A stretch of 64,000 nt of DNA from Gemmatimonadota bacterium (lineage in GTDB: Bacteria > Gemmatimonadota > Gemmatimonadetes > Gemmatimonadales > GWC2-71-9). The stretch covers positions 1 to 64,000 of the forward strand of contig JAZDCZ010000365.1 of assembly GCA_036679605.1 (NCBI GenBank), in the 5' to 3' direction. Both the position numbers and the translations under genes were made by a program. Under the pieces are notes generated by a model. That model did no database searches. It worked only from the letters and a program-made list of their open reading frames with translations, and was not told where the DNA came from. Of this stretch, positions 17,896 to 28,550 are shown in pieces (within the stretch, counting starts at the first letter, position 1; every line of letters starts with the position of its first letter).

Positions 17896-18531
17896 CTAGT
17901 TGGTCCTGATTAGGATGAAGACTGACAGGGCCACCTGGGCAACTGATAGGAGCAGGAAAAGGTCCTGACGGGTAAATGACTTTCGCGATACTACTACCTG
18001 ATCTCCTGACCGGATGCCCACTTCCTGTAAGGTCTGTCCCCTCATGGTCTGATCCTCGAAGCTCACGAGCGACTCGCCACCCGTCCGTAATAGTTTGATC
18101 TTGTTCATGTTGCCCGCCTGGGTGGGGCCTCCTGCCAGCGCCACAATCTCCACAACGGTCAAGGTGGGATCGACGGTGAGAAGTCCCGGCCGCTGCACCT
18201 CGCCCAATACCGCAACGCGGAAGCCCAGCGTGATCGTAACGAAGGGGCTCTTGAAGAGGACATCCAGGCCCGTGCGGATTCGATCGCGCACTTCGCTCAG
18301 TGTGAGGTTTCTCGCATCGATCGATCCCACAATCGGGTATTCGAATTTTCCGGTCTCGTCGATTTGGAACTTACCCGAGAAATCCTCCTGGCCCCACACG
18401 GTAATCTGAAGCACGTCCCCGGGTCTCAGACTGTACTGAGCGCCACTGGAGGTGACCAGCCCCTGGACTTGGGCGGAGAGCGGCTGCGCGACGAAAATCG
18501 CGGCGACGAGGAGCTTGGCAATCTTTCGCAT
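17896..18531 (-). CDS. Polysaccharide export/SLBB-domain protein (Wza-like)
   Basis: YSLRPGDVLQITVW, VAVLGEVQRPG, ALAGG, GDQVVV. Confidence 0.85.
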   Translation of the reverse strand: MRKIAKLLVAAIFVAQPLSAQVQGLVTSSGAQYSLRPGDVLQITVWGQEDFSGKFQIDETGKFEYPIVGSIDARNLTLSEVRDRIRTGLDVLFKSPFVTITLGFRVAVLGEVQRPGLLTVDPTLTVVEIVALAGGPTQAGNMNKIKLLRTGGESLVSFEDQTMRGQTLQEVGIRSGDQVVVSRKSFTRQDLFLLLSVAQVALSVFILIRTN

Positions 18532-18547
18532 GAACTAAGATTGTAGG

Positions 18548-21379
18548 CTAAGGTGTTTTGGTCAACGCTCCAGTTGGAGTCGCCGGCTCCTGTACGGTGG
18601 TCAGGACCTCGGAGAGGTACCGTCCGGTGTGCGTATCGGTGCGGGCCACGTCTTCCGGTGTCCCTGATGCGACGACTCTTCCACCGCCGCTGCCTCCCTC
18701 TGGCCCCATGTCCACTACCCAGTCAGCCCGCTTGATAACGTCCATATGATGTTCGATCACCATCACGGTGTGGCCGGCGTCCACCAAACGGTCCAAGACG
18801 CTGATCAGGGTGCGGATATCGTCTAGATGGAGGCCGGTGGTGGGCTCATCGAGAATGTAGAGGCGCCGGTCGCCCCGCCTACGAGCACCGGCCAGTTGTC
18901 GCGCGATCTTGAGCCTTTGGGCCTCGCCGCCCGAAAGTGTCGTTGCGGGTTGTCCCAGCCTGAGGTATCCCAAACCGACTTGCTGGAGGTGCCACAACGT
19001 CTTGCCGAGTCGACCTTGATGGCGAAACCGCACGATCGCCTCGTCAACGGTCAACTCCAGCACATCGTGAATCGACAGGCCCTTCACGCGGACGTCCAAT
19101 ACCTCGGGCTCGAAGCGAGTTCCGGCACAGACATCGCATGGTATGTACACATCGGCAAGAAACACCATCTCTACTTGGAGATGTCCGGCACCTTCGCAGG
19201 TCTGGCAGCGTCCACCCTTTGCGGCGTTGAAACTAAAGGTGGTCGGCGTGTACCCACGGGCGCGGGACAACGGCTGAGCGGCGAAGAGTTCCCTGATTTC
19301 CGTAAACGCCCGCACATATGTAACAGGGTTGGACCGCGGCGTACGGCCCACCGGAGACTGGTCTATGAGGACCACGTCCGTGAGTGCCTCCCATCCCGTG
19401 AGGCCGCTTACGTCTCCGACCGGTTCTCCCAAATGCAGCTTTGCTCCGTGGGCGCCCTTTATTCGGGCCGCCAGTTGCCGGTAGATGATATCGTGCACCA
19501 GCGTCGATTTGCCCGAACCCGACACTCCGGTTATGGCGACAAGCGTGCCCAGCGGTATCGCCGTATCAACGCCGTCGAGATTGTGGAGTCGTGCCCCCTC
19601 GATGGTGAGCCATAACGGACCGGTTGGACGGCGAGCCGACGGAACTGCGATGCTCTTTTTGCCCGATAGGTAGTCGCCAGTGAGTGTGCCGGCGTCCTCC
19701 GCACCCTCAACGGGCCCGGAATAGACGAGTTGGCCTCCACTTTCACCACTACCTGGCCCCAGTTCGATCATGTGATCGGCCATACGGATGGCTGCTGTGT
19801 CATGCTCGACGACTACCGCGGTGTTGCCGGCTGCACAGAGACGTTTTAGAAGCTCCAGCAGGCGAGCCATGTCACGGCAGTGCAAACCGATTGATGGTTC
19901 GTCGAGGACATATAAGGTGTCGACCAAGCTTGCCCCGAGCGCGTTGGACAACGCTATTCGCTGTGCCTCTCCGCCCGACAGAGTCCGGGTCAGGCGATCG
20001 AATGAGAGATAGCCCAACCCAACGTGACAAAGGAACGAGACTCGCTCGCGAATTTCACGGAGTATGGTGCTTGCTACGCCTTCTTCGAACTCCGTGAGTT
20101 CTAGAGAAGCTAGCCATTGGGCGAGTTCGTCGGCGGTCAGCGAACAGACGGCACCGATAGACTCGGTTCCGATCTTTACTGCCAGCGCCTCAGGTCGTAA
20201 TCGGCTGCCACCACACTCCGGGCAGACGTTCGCCCGCTGATATTGCCGCAAGAAAACGCGGATGTACTGCTTGTAACGTTTTCGCTCCAACGCTCGTAGG
20301 AACGGGACGACACCCACGAAGCGACCCGACTTGCCGAAGAGCAGCAGTCGTTTCTGTACTTTCGAGAGTTGGTGCCATGGCACATCGAACGGGATCTTCT
20401 CTTTCGCAGCCGTATCCTTCAGCAGGCGTCGCCGTCTCGTGTACCTCGGCTTGGTCCAGGGGTCGAGCGCTCCGTCGGAGAGGGTGCGGTCTTGATCGGG
20501 TACGATGAGGGAGTCATCGTAGTCGAGTACGGCGCCGAAGCCGTTGCACCCGGGGCACGCGCCCTGAGGATTATTGAAGGAAAAGAGAGCCGGACTCAAA
20601 ACAGGAGCGGGAGTGCCGCAGTCTGTGCAACGAGCGTGCTGAGAGAACTCTCTTTCGCTGTCGGATGTCACGATGCGAACCTGGCCGTCACCTTCTGCGA
20701 GAGCGGTAGCGACGGAATCGACTATGCGTCCGCGATTGGCCTGGGTCAGCTTGAGACGGTCTACGGCGACCATGATATCCGGTGCGTCCAACCTGATGGC
20801 GGCCGGCAGCGCATCGAGCCGATGCACTTCGCCGTCGGCCAAGACACGAACGAACCCCATGGCATTGAGGTTTTCCAGGATGAGTTCGTGACTGACCTTG
20901 CTCGAGTACGGAATCGAGAAACCGATCACAGCCATCGCACCGGTGGTTTCTTGTAATAGTCGATCGGCTGCTGTTGTCGGGGAATCGACTACGACAAGTG
21001 CTCCGCAGCTGTGGCAATAGGGGCGGCCGACACGAGCCCAAAGGAGGCGCAAGTAATCGTATATCTCTGTTGCTGTCCCCACCGTCGATCGGCTCGAAGT
21101 CGCGGGGTTCTTTTGTTCGATGGCCACCGCCGGAGAGATTCCCTCCACGCGATCCACGGCTGGTCGCGAGAGGCGTTCCAGGAATTGCTTGGCGTAGCTG
21201 GACAGCGATTCGATGTACCGTCTCTGTCCTTCAGCGTATAGGGTGTCAAAAGCGAGGGAACTCTTGCCTGACCCGGAGGGACCAGTCACTACTGTCAGAG
21301 CCTGTCGCGGTATCTCCACCGTAATATCTTTGAGGTTATGCTGACGTGCTCCGCAAATGACGATTTTATCGGTGGACAT
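18548..21379 (-). CDS. uvrA: Excinuclease ABC subunit A
   Basis: GARQHNLK, two Walker A (GPSGSGKS, GVSGSGKS), two LSGGEAQR, zinc fingers. Confidence 0.95.
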   Translation of the reverse strand: MSTDKIVICGARQHNLKDITVEIPRQALTVVTGPSGSGKSSLAFDTLYAEGQRRYIESLSSYAKQFLERLSRPAVDRVEGISPAVAIEQKNPATSSRSTVGTATEIYDYLRLLWARVGRPYCHSCGALVVVDSPTTAADRLLQETTGAMAVIGFSIPYSSKVSHELILENLNAMGFVRVLADGEVHRLDALPAAIRLDAPDIMVAVDRLKLTQANRGRIVDSVATALAEGDGQVRIVTSDSEREFSQHARCTDCGTPAPVLSPALFSFNNPQGACPGCNGFGAVLDYDDSLIVPDQDRTLSDGALDPWTKPRYTRRRRLLKDTAAKEKIPFDVPWHQLSKVQKRLLLFGKSGRFVGVVPFLRALERKRYKQYIRVFLRQYQRANVCPECGGSRLRPEALAVKIGTESIGAVCSLTADELAQWLASLELTEFEEGVASTILREIRERVSFLCHVGLGYLSFDRLTRTLSGGEAQRIALSNALGASLVDTLYVLDEPSIGLHCRDMARLLELLKRLCAAGNTAVVVEHDTAAIRMADHMIELGPGSGESGGQLVYSGPVEGAEDAGTLTGDYLSGKKSIAVPSARRPTGPLWLTIEGARLHNLDGVDTAIPLGTLVAITGVSGSGKSTLVHDIIYRQLAARIKGAHGAKLHLGEPVGDVSGLTGWEALTDVVLIDQSPVGRTPRSNPVTYVRAFTEIRELFAAQPLSRARGYTPTTFSFNAAKGGRCQTCEGAGHLQVEMVFLADVYIPCDVCAGTRFEPEVLDVRVKGLSIHDVLELTVDEAIVRFRHQGRLGKTLWHLQQVGLGYLRLGQPATTLSGGEAQRLKIARQLAGARRRGDRRLYILDEPTTGLHLDDIRTLISVLDRLVDAGHTVMVIEHHMDVIKRADWVVDMGPEGGSGGGRVVASGTPEDVARTDTHTGRYLSEVLTTVQEPATPTGALTKTP

Positions 21380-21465
21380 GGCGTGAAGCATACCCGACCG
21401 GTTCGGTCCGGTACAAGTGCAAGCGTTGACCGGAGCCGCCTGCAGTGCCAAGCTTCCCGTGGATC

Positions 21466-22560
21466 ATGGCATCGGTGATATCAACCCGTCTGTTGCGCAG
21501 AGGTCTAGAAATCTTTGCGCTCATCTCGGCCGTCGGTTTTGGCGGCATGCTGCTGTATGGCAACAACCTCAGCACGTTTGCCAATGCCATGCTCACGTTG
21601 CACTGGGAGTGGGTGTTGGTTGGAGTATGCTTGGCGTCTCTCGACTGGTTCGGGGGCGGACTCAGGCTGTGGGTGTTGACCCGACATGTCTTCCCAGAGG
21701 TAAAGCTCAAGGCTTCGTTCTTGGCAGGAGGCCTCAATACCTGGGCCAGCTATCTCACGCCCTCTCAAACGGGCGGCGGCCCGATGATGATCTACACCTT
21801 AAAACGCTACGGAGTGCCGTTGCCGGAGGCGATGATCTCGGCGCTGATGACGTTCGTGGTGACGGTGCTATTCTTTTCTGTGGCCGGCCCGCTTGCGATT
21901 TTTTTCGGAGCTGGTGAGCGACTCGAACAGCACGGTGTCTTGGGCCAAACGCTGTCTTTGAATGATCTTTTTCGGTTGAGCCTGGGAGGTTTTGTTGGGG
22001 TGGGCCTTCTGATGCTGTTGGCGGTCGCGATTCCGGCCATTGGCCGGCGCGTGACAGAGGGTGTGGCGGGGGCGCTGCGGCGACGAGGGCGCGATGCTTG
22101 GGCCGAGAAGGTCGATGTGTTACGGCAGGGTGTCGACAAGTCCCACGAGTCTCTGGTGGCATTTTTTCGCGGTCGTGGTTGGGTGGCTTTGGGGATCGGA
22201 ATCGTGTTGACGGCCACCGCGCACGCCAACAAATTGCTTGCCGGATATGTTGTGCTTCGGATGTTGGGGATTCAAGCTCAATTCTTCGATGTTCTCCTAC
22301 TTCAGACGCTCATAGTATTTCTGCTTTATTTTGCGCCGACCCCGGGCGGCGCCGGTTTGGCCGAACTGCTCTCGGCTGCCGTCATGTCGATTTACGTGCC
22401 CCGAGAACTGACGCCGGTCTACATCCTCTTGTGGCGCATTGTGGTGTGCTACCTGACGGTGGCCTTCGGATCTTTCGTATTTTGGCACTGGTTGAAGGGG
22501 GCCGAGGATCGGACAGACAAGTTGTTACGGGATCAAGAGATACCCTCGACCGGCCGTTGA
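21466..22560 (+). CDS. Lysylphosphatidylglycerol synthase TM/flippase-like membrane protein
   Basis: TPSQTGG, APTPGGAGLAE, LLWR motifs; many TMs. Confidence 0.85.
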   Translation: MASVISTRLLRRGLEIFALISAVGFGGMLLYGNNLSTFANAMLTLHWEWVLVGVCLASLDWFGGGLRLWVLTRHVFPEVKLKASFLAGGLNTWASYLTPSQTGGGPMMIYTLKRYGVPLPEAMISALMTFVVTVLFFSVAGPLAIFFGAGERLEQHGVLGQTLSLNDLFRLSLGGFVGVGLLMLLAVAIPAIGRRVTEGVAGALRRRGRDAWAEKVDVLRQGVDKSHESLVAFFRGRGWVALGIGIVLTATAHANKLLAGYVVLRMLGIQAQFFDVLLLQTLIVFLLYFAPTPGGAGLAELLSAAVMSIYVPRELTPVYILLWRIVVCYLTVAFGSFVFWHWLKGAEDRTDKLLRDQEIPSTGR

Positions 22561-22639
22561 TTCACGGAGGTTGCACCCTCCGGTTCTGAGGGGTAACTTG
22601 GCTGCCTAGCTCAGCGATTACGAGGATCCATACTATCAG

Positions 22640-24481
22640 ATGCCGTACCTTGAAATAGGTGGCCGACGCCACTCCATACCTGCGGAGGAGACTGCTATCG
22701 GGCTCGGTCCCGATGGCGAGATTGCGCTGGGTGGAGGTGAGCAGTCTTCCACAGCGGCAATCTTGGCGAGTCAGGCCGATGGCCAGGTCGTCATCCGCAA
22801 GGCCGACTCGGATATCGCTCTATTGATTAACGGTGTCCCTTTGGGACCCCAGCCGAACCCTCTGTTGCACGGTGACAAGATCGAGATCGGCGGACAGGAG
22901 CTGCTGTTCGTAGATGATCAGCAGGGCGGGAGCACGCATTTCGTCAAGGCCATCGATCCGGCCTTGCTGAAGTCGGCCATGAAGCCCGGGGCCAAGAAAG
23001 GTAAGGCCACCTCAGGAACCGGCGGCCGGCTTGTTTCTCTCACCGATGGACGGGAGTATTCTATTGAGAGAGGGTCGTTGCTCATCGGCCGGGAAGCGAG
23101 CTGCGACGTCGTGGCCGAGAGCAAGAAAGTTTCTCGCCGACATGCCGAGATAGTTGCCACTCCGAAGGGTTACCTACTCATCGACAACAGCACGAACGGC
23201 ACCTTGGTCAATGGAGAGCGGGTTGCGGGGCAGCGATTGTTGGCACGAGCCGATGTGATACGGTGCGGTGACGACGAATTTCGGTTTTATGCGGATGTAT
23301 TGCAAGTTCCCGAGTCCGAACCTGCCGCGCCTGTCGCAGCGCCACCGGTAGCTGATGTTCCCGCACCCGTGACACCAGTAGCTGATGTCCCCGCACCGGT
23401 GACACCTGTGGCCGATGTTCCCGCAGCCGTGACACCGGTGGCCGAAGTGCCCACCCCGGCCCGACCGACTGCCAAAGAGACCACTCCGGTTCCGGAACCG
23501 CCGCAGCCACAACCACTGCAGCCTGCTCCAAAAGCGTCGCCGGTTGGCAACCAGCCCGCCGGTTCAGGAAATCCGTTGCGCGACACGATGTTTGGAATAC
23601 GAATCCCTCCCAAGATGTCCACCCCAGAGGCAACTCCGGCGTCACCGGAGAAGAAACCTGCGGCGACGGCGCCGCGGGCGCCGCTGTTTCGTCCTCCGCC
23701 AGGCGCTGAATACCGGCTATCGGATACCCTGGACGGTATTCCGCGCAGGCCGCCCCAAGCAGGAACGCGGGGGTCGGCTGGGAAGCCCGCCGCTCCGTCA
23801 GATCGGGCTCCGACTGCGCCGCCTGGCGCGCAGCATCGTCTGTCCGACACGTTGCATGGTGTGAGGCCGGAGATCGAAGCGGGCGCGTTTGGAGGCGAAT
23901 CGAAACCCTCGAAACTCTCGCAGACGCCTCCTGGAGCAGACCCGCGGCCGAGCGATATGATCCACGGTATTCCAGGGGTTCCCAAGGATGGTGCGGACGA
24001 GATAAAGAGGGGCATCTTTCCGCGGACCGGCGAGAAGGAGGCAGTCGACAGGCCTCGCCCAAGTGCAGACGGCAGCGCGTCGATCTCCAGTCGCCCGAGT
24101 AAAGAAGTACCTCTGGCGAGTTTTGTGGTGCGATCGGGATCGTTGAAAGGTCAGAGACTCGCGGTGCGGTATCCCGTGGTCAACATAGGGCGTGCGGAGT
24201 ACAATGATGTTGTTCTGCAAGATGACAGTATCTCTACTGTTCATGCAAAATTGCAGAGGCGGGAAGGGATCTGGGTACTAGTAGATCAGGAGTCCACCAA
24301 TGGAACAGTGGTCGACGGTGAGCGGTTGACAGGTGAGACGGTCCTGGCCCCGGGCGCGATGGTTCGGTTTGGCACGCTTCAGACTATCTTCGAGCCGACC
24401 GACGATCTGGCCGATATTCACAAGGGAAAAGCAACCAAAGTGATCCAGTCAATAAAACTTCCACCGCCGGCTGGTTCTTGA
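22640..24481 (+). CDS. Multi-FHA protein (one degenerate plus two canonical FHA) with Pro-rich linker
   Basis: IGRE..VSRRHA..STNGT and IGRA..ISTVHA..STNGT; N-terminal FHA lacks the GR and SxxH residues. Confidence 0.9.
   Translation: MPYLEIGGRRHSIPAEETAIGLGPDGEIALGGGEQSSTAAILASQADGQVVIRKADSDIALLINGVPLGPQPNPLLHGDKIEIGGQELLFVDDQQGGSTHFVKAIDPALLKSAMKPGAKKGKATSGTGGRLVSLTDGREYSIERGSLLIGREASCDVVAESKKVSRRHAEIVATPKGYLLIDNSTNGTLVNGERVAGQRLLARADVIRCGDDEFRFYADVLQVPESEPAAPVAAPPVADVPAPVTPVADVPAPVTPVADVPAAVTPVAEVPTPARPTAKETTPVPEPPQPQPLQPAPKASPVGNQPAGSGNPLRDTMFGIRIPPKMSTPEATPASPEKKPAATAPRAPLFRPPPGAEYRLSDTLDGIPRRPPQAGTRGSAGKPAAPSDRAPTAPPGAQHRLSDTLHGVRPEIEAGAFGGESKPSKLSQTPPGADPRPSDMIHGIPGVPKDGADEIKRGIFPRTGEKEAVDRPRPSADGSASISSRPSKEVPLASFVVRSGSLKGQRLAVRYPVVNIGRAEYNDVVLQDDSISTVHAKLQRREGIWVLVDQESTNGTVVDGERLTGETVLAPGAMVRFGTLQTIFEPTDDLADIHKGKATKVIQSIKLPPPAGS
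23345..23458 (+). repeat. Intragenic 30-nt tandem repeat, about 3.8 copies (PVADVPAPVT)
   Basis: Units start at 23345, 23375, 23405, 23435. Confidence 0.95.
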
Positions 24482-24517
24482 TCATGTCCCGTTCACCCCG
24501 CGACAACGGGTAGTCAC

Positions 24518-25276
24518 TTGCCAGAGTCTGTTCAATACACGTGCGCCGGTCGCACAGACGTCGGAATTATCCGGTCAGGTAACGAAGACAATTTCATGAT
24601 GAAGCCGGAACAAGGTGTCTTCGTGGTTGCCGATGGAATGGGTGGACACGCCGCAGGTGAAGTGGCCAGCGAAATGGCTGTTGATACTATCGTACGTCAG
24701 TTGACCGGAGTGGTGGGGAGGAACGACGCGGACGCCGCCCACATGATGCGCCTGGCGATCCATCAGGCAAACGCGGAGATCTTCCAGCGGACCAGCGATG
24801 AGCCCGATAAAAGGGGGATGGGGACTACCGCCACGGCCTTGGTCATCAACGGGGCCCGCTACCTACTTGGTCAAGTGGGAGACAGCAGGGCCTATTTACT
24901 GCGCGATGGAACACTAGGGCAATTGACGAAAGACCATTCTTACGTTCAAGAGCAGGTGGACGCAGGCTACCTGACTGCGGAGCAAGCTCGTACACATCCC
25001 TACAGTAACGTCATAACTCGGTGCGTTGGTGCCAACATCGATGTAGTGCCCGATATTTATGTGGGTACGCTACGAGCCGGTGACTTGTACTTGCTTGCTT
25101 CAGACGGCCTGACCGGAATGCTGGAGGATCACGAACTTTTGAACATCATGAAAGCTCACAGTGCACCCGCAGAGCTGGTAGATACGCTGATCGAAGAGGC
25201 AAACCGTCGTGGTGGATTGGATAACATCACAGCCATTGCGGTGCGGATCGACTCGGTTGGTACCGAGCAACAGTAA
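24518..25276 (+). CDS. PP2C-family Ser/Thr phosphatase (Stp1/PrpC)
   Basis: NED, VADGMGGH, MGTT, GDSRAY, SDGL, GGLDNIT. Confidence 0.95.
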   Translation: MPESVQYTCAGRTDVGIIRSGNEDNFMMKPEQGVFVVADGMGGHAAGEVASEMAVDTIVRQLTGVVGRNDADAAHMMRLAIHQANAEIFQRTSDEPDKRGMGTTATALVINGARYLLGQVGDSRAYLLRDGTLGQLTKDHSYVQEQVDAGYLTAEQARTHPYSNVITRCVGANIDVVPDIYVGTLRAGDLYLLASDGLTGMLEDHELLNIMKAHSAPAELVDTLIEEANRRGGLDNITAIAVRIDSVGTEQQ

Positions 25277-25296
25277 CTCACTTTTCCCTTTGACAT

Positions 25297-25512
25297 ATGA
25301 AGCAAGGACCTAACTCCGCAGCGGTGGGAGCGGTTGCGGCGGAACATCTCGGACCGTTGCTGTATGCTCTCGAGGTCTGTGCCGTGTCGATGGACGAGGC
25401 GGAGCGACCCGACGACGCTCGTTATTACCGCGCTTTGGCCGCGAAGTTGGCGAACGCAGGCGCCACCGCGGGAAAGGGCACCGACAAGCCGGATCAGCTA
25501 GCCGGAAGTTGA
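25297..25512 (+). CDS. Small hypothetical protein
   Basis: 71-aa helical ORF filling the gap after the phosphatase. Confidence 0.55.
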   Translation: MKQGPNSAAVGAVAAEHLGPLLYALEVCAVSMDEAERPDDARYYRALAAKLANAGATAGKGTDKPDQLAGS

Positions 25513-26793
25513 GAGCAAACTAGTCCCCTCATCGAGTTCTGCAGTCAGATCGCGCTCGTCACGCTCGATGAGAGTCAGCAGGCTTCCGAGATCGATGGTA
25601 GCAGGCTTGGCAACGAACACTCTGAGCCTACGAGCACTGGTGTGCAGCTCGTCGGTGATGTGCCTGATTCCCAACCGACCCTCGGCATTTTCGGTGCTCA
25701 ATTGTTCGACGCGGCCGTCTCTGGTCCTGACAAGAAGATTGACATCCAACATCTCCGGCTTCGTGGGAAAGTCCAATAGGAGTTCTCCCGACTCTAGGCC
25801 CATGTCCGCCGCTAGTCTGTCCTCGACGAGTTGGACGAGATCCGGATTGGAGGCTATCCATTCGCCGGCTCCGTTGGGCACCTGAGCTGCGGGCACGTCC
25901 AGCACACGCTTGTAGAGTCGCCGGCGCCTCAGGCGGTCGGCTAGCGGAGTGTCCGGCATCGCACGCAGGCGCTCCATTAGAGTCTCGTCGGTGCTGTGAG
26001 CGATCTGCGATTCATCTAATCCGTAGACTCTCATCGCATCTCGTACTGACCGCTTGAACATGGCGGTGGCGCTCCGAACCGCATGATGCCAATAGACGTT
26101 GCGATACATTTGATACTTTGCGAAGAGTAGCGATTCGAGGGCGCTTACGCCTTTCTCGTATACCCCAACCGTCGGGCTACCATTGTCTGACGGGACGATT
26201 GTTATGGAGTGGATGAGGCGGTCGACGTCCACCGTGCCGTACGGAACTCCGCACATGCGAGCATCTCTTGTCAGATACTCGATTTTGTCGAGATCGAGGG
26301 ATCCTGATATCAGTCCACGGAGTGGGCTAGTGCTGCAGCCTGTAATCAGCGCAATCAGCCTGTCTTCTGCACTGTCTATACCTAGGTTTGAAAGCAGTGC
26401 AGCAAGCTCCGCTTGACGCAAATGTGATCGAGCCAAGACCTCGTGAGAAGTGAGTCCTGCCTCCTCTAGTGCGTGGGAGAACGGATAATGCCCGATGTCG
26501 TGGAGCAGTGCCGCCAGACGCACCAGCAGAATCTCGGAGGGGTCGATGCCTTCCAACTCTTCGCGCTCGGTCAGCAGCGTGAGCGTACGCCGCGCCAGGT
26601 GATATGCTCCTAGGGCGTGCTCGAACCGAGTGTGCGTCGCGCCGGGATAAACCAGGAAAGCGTGTCCAAGCTGGCGAATGTAACGCAGGCGCTGAAACGG
26701 CTCGCTGTCGAGCACGGTGAGCGCCTCTGCATCTATCCGAATGTTATTCCAGAGCGGGTCTCGGATTACCTCAAAGTCGCCGGTCAACGTCAC
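25498..26793 (-). CDS. HD-domain phosphohydrolase (dNTPase/SAMHD1-like)
   Basis: FQRLRYIRQLG, HTRFEHALG, LLHDIGHYPFSH, DLDKIEYLTRD, VYWH. Confidence 0.92.
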   Translation of the reverse strand: MTLTGDFEVIRDPLWNNIRIDAEALTVLDSEPFQRLRYIRQLGHAFLVYPGATHTRFEHALGAYHLARRTLTLLTEREELEGIDPSEILLVRLAALLHDIGHYPFSHALEEAGLTSHEVLARSHLRQAELAALLSNLGIDSAEDRLIALITGCSTSPLRGLISGSLDLDKIEYLTRDARMCGVPYGTVDVDRLIHSITIVPSDNGSPTVGVYEKGVSALESLLFAKYQMYRNVYWHHAVRSATAMFKRSVRDAMRVYGLDESQIAHSTDETLMERLRAMPDTPLADRLRRRRLYKRVLDVPAAQVPNGAGEWIASNPDLVQLVEDRLAADMGLESGELLLDFPTKPEMLDVNLLVRTRDGRVEQLSTENAEGRLGIRHITDELHTSARRLRVFVAKPATIDLGSLLTLIERDERDLTAELDEGTSLLSTSG

Positions 26794-26802
26794 GGAGCAG
26801 CG

Positions 26803-28410
26803 TTACGCGGTCGGCCCAGCGTCACGAACGTCGGGCGCAACTTGATCGACATAACGTTCAAAATTTTCCCGAAACATGGCAGCCAGTTTCCTTGCTTGAG
26901 CGTCGTATCGTTCGTTGTCCTTCCAAGTGGTACGGGGATCCAGTACGCCGCTAGGTACGCCGGGCACCTCGGTGATGATGTTGAGCCCAAACACGGGATC
27001 TCGCTTCGTCGGTGCATGTTTCAAGCTGCCGTCGAGTGCGGCATGAACCATAGCACGTGTGTGCGGCAAGTTGATCCGCGTCCCTTCGCCGTAAGGACCT
27101 CCGGTCCAACCGGTGTTCACCAGCCAGCACTGCGCACCCGAAGTCTTGATACGCTCACCCAACATCTTGGCGTACGTGCTCGGATGTAGCGGGAGGAACG
27201 GCGCACCGAAGCAGGCGCTGAATGTGGCCTGAGGTTCGGTAACGCCGCGCTCGGTGCCGGCGACCTTGGCCGTGTAGCCCGATAGAAAGTGATACATAGC
27301 CTGCTCGGCCGTGAGTCTGGAGATCGGAGGTAGTACGCCAAACGCGTCGGCCGTCAAGAATATGATATTTTGTGGCTCTCCGGATCGGCCGTCCGGGACG
27401 TAGTTCGGAATGTAGTGGATCGGGTATGAGGCTCTCGTATTCTCTGTGATGGAATCATCGTCCAGCATGATCTCGCGCGTATCTTGATCTACCACCACAT
27501 TTTCCAGTATGGTGCCAAACCTCCGAGTGGTTGCGTGAATTTCTGGTTCGGTTTCCTCAGACAACCTGATGACCTTAGCGTAACAACCTCCCTCAAAGTT
27601 GAAAACACCTCGGTCACTCCACCCGTGCTCGTCGTCGCCGATCAGGCCACGCGTCGAATCTGCGGAGAGGGTGGTCTTACCGGTACCTGAAAGTCCGAAG
27701 AACACCGCCACGTCGTTGTCGGCGCCAACGTTGGCAGAACAGTGCATCGGGAGGATGCCCTGTTGCGGGTACAGGTAATTGAGCACGCTGAACATGGATT
27801 TCTTCATCTCGCCGGCGTACTTGGTGCCGCCAATGAGTACCATGCGTTCAGCGAAATTTATAACAATGAATGTGCCGCTCCGGACCCCGTGTCTGGTCGG
27901 ATCTGCCTGCATCTCCGGGGCATGGAGCACCGTGAAGCCGGGGTCGAAGTCGACCAAGTCGGCTGATGTGGGCCGTTGGAACATGTTGTATGCAAAGAGC
28001 GCGTGCCATGCATTCGTCGTGACGAACCTTACCGGGACTGTGTACTCCGGATCCGCTCCGGCAAAGGCGTCCCTAACGAAGATCTCGTCGCGCTCGCTGA
28101 GATATTGCAGCACCTCGTCTCGCAGTGTCTCAAAATGCTCGCTATCTAGCGGCTGATTGATGTTGCCCCACCAGACGTCGTGCTCGGTTCCGGGTTCGCG
28201 GACAACGTACTTGTCGTTCGGTGAACGGCCGGTTTGTGGAGTGGTGATGGCATTGAAAGGTCCGCCATGTACGATTTGTCCTTCGTTCCGTCGAACGGCA
28301 TGCTCGTATAGTGTGGCGGGTCCTAGATTTCGGTGGACCTTGCCCTTGGGGCTCAATCCTTCCGCAATATTTCTTGTTTCAGCCAGAGGCGGTCGAGATA
28401 CGTTAGTCAT
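26803..28410 (-). CDS. pckA: Phosphoenolpyruvate carboxykinase (ATP)
   Basis: [42 protein letters not shown]. Confidence 0.97.
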   Translation of the reverse strand: MTNVSRPPLAETRNIAEGLSPKGKVHRNLGPATLYEHAVRRNEGQIVHGGPFNAITTPQTGRSPNDKYVVREPGTEHDVWWGNINQPLDSEHFETLRDEVLQYLSERDEIFVRDAFAGADPEYTVPVRFVTTNAWHALFAYNMFQRPTSADLVDFDPGFTVLHAPEMQADPTRHGVRSGTFIVINFAERMVLIGGTKYAGEMKKSMFSVLNYLYPQQGILPMHCSANVGADNDVAVFFGLSGTGKTTLSADSTRGLIGDDEHGWSDRGVFNFEGGCYAKVIRLSEETEPEIHATTRRFGTILENVVVDQDTREIMLDDDSITENTRASYPIHYIPNYVPDGRSGEPQNIIFLTADAFGVLPPISRLTAEQAMYHFLSGYTAKVAGTERGVTEPQATFSACFGAPFLPLHPSTYAKMLGERIKTSGAQCWLVNTGWTGGPYGEGTRINLPHTRAMVHAALDGSLKHAPTKRDPVFGLNIITEVPGVPSGVLDPRTTWKDNERYDAQARKLAAMFRENFERYVDQVAPDVRDAGPTA

Positions 28411-28550
28411 AACTCTCAGGGTTTCTCTATTTCTTGTTCCTGGGCATCGACTGCTGCGAGTACCGAGATATTAACGATGTCACCGACGTCGGAACATCTC
28501 TCAAGATAACTGTGGTGGAGGTCAGTTGCGGTAACCAAGTGAAGGCTTGC

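Noticed and set aside
25498..26793. HD dNTPase as an anti-phage defence gene
   Set aside because: It sits 9 bp downstream of pckA in housekeeping context with no defence neighbours.
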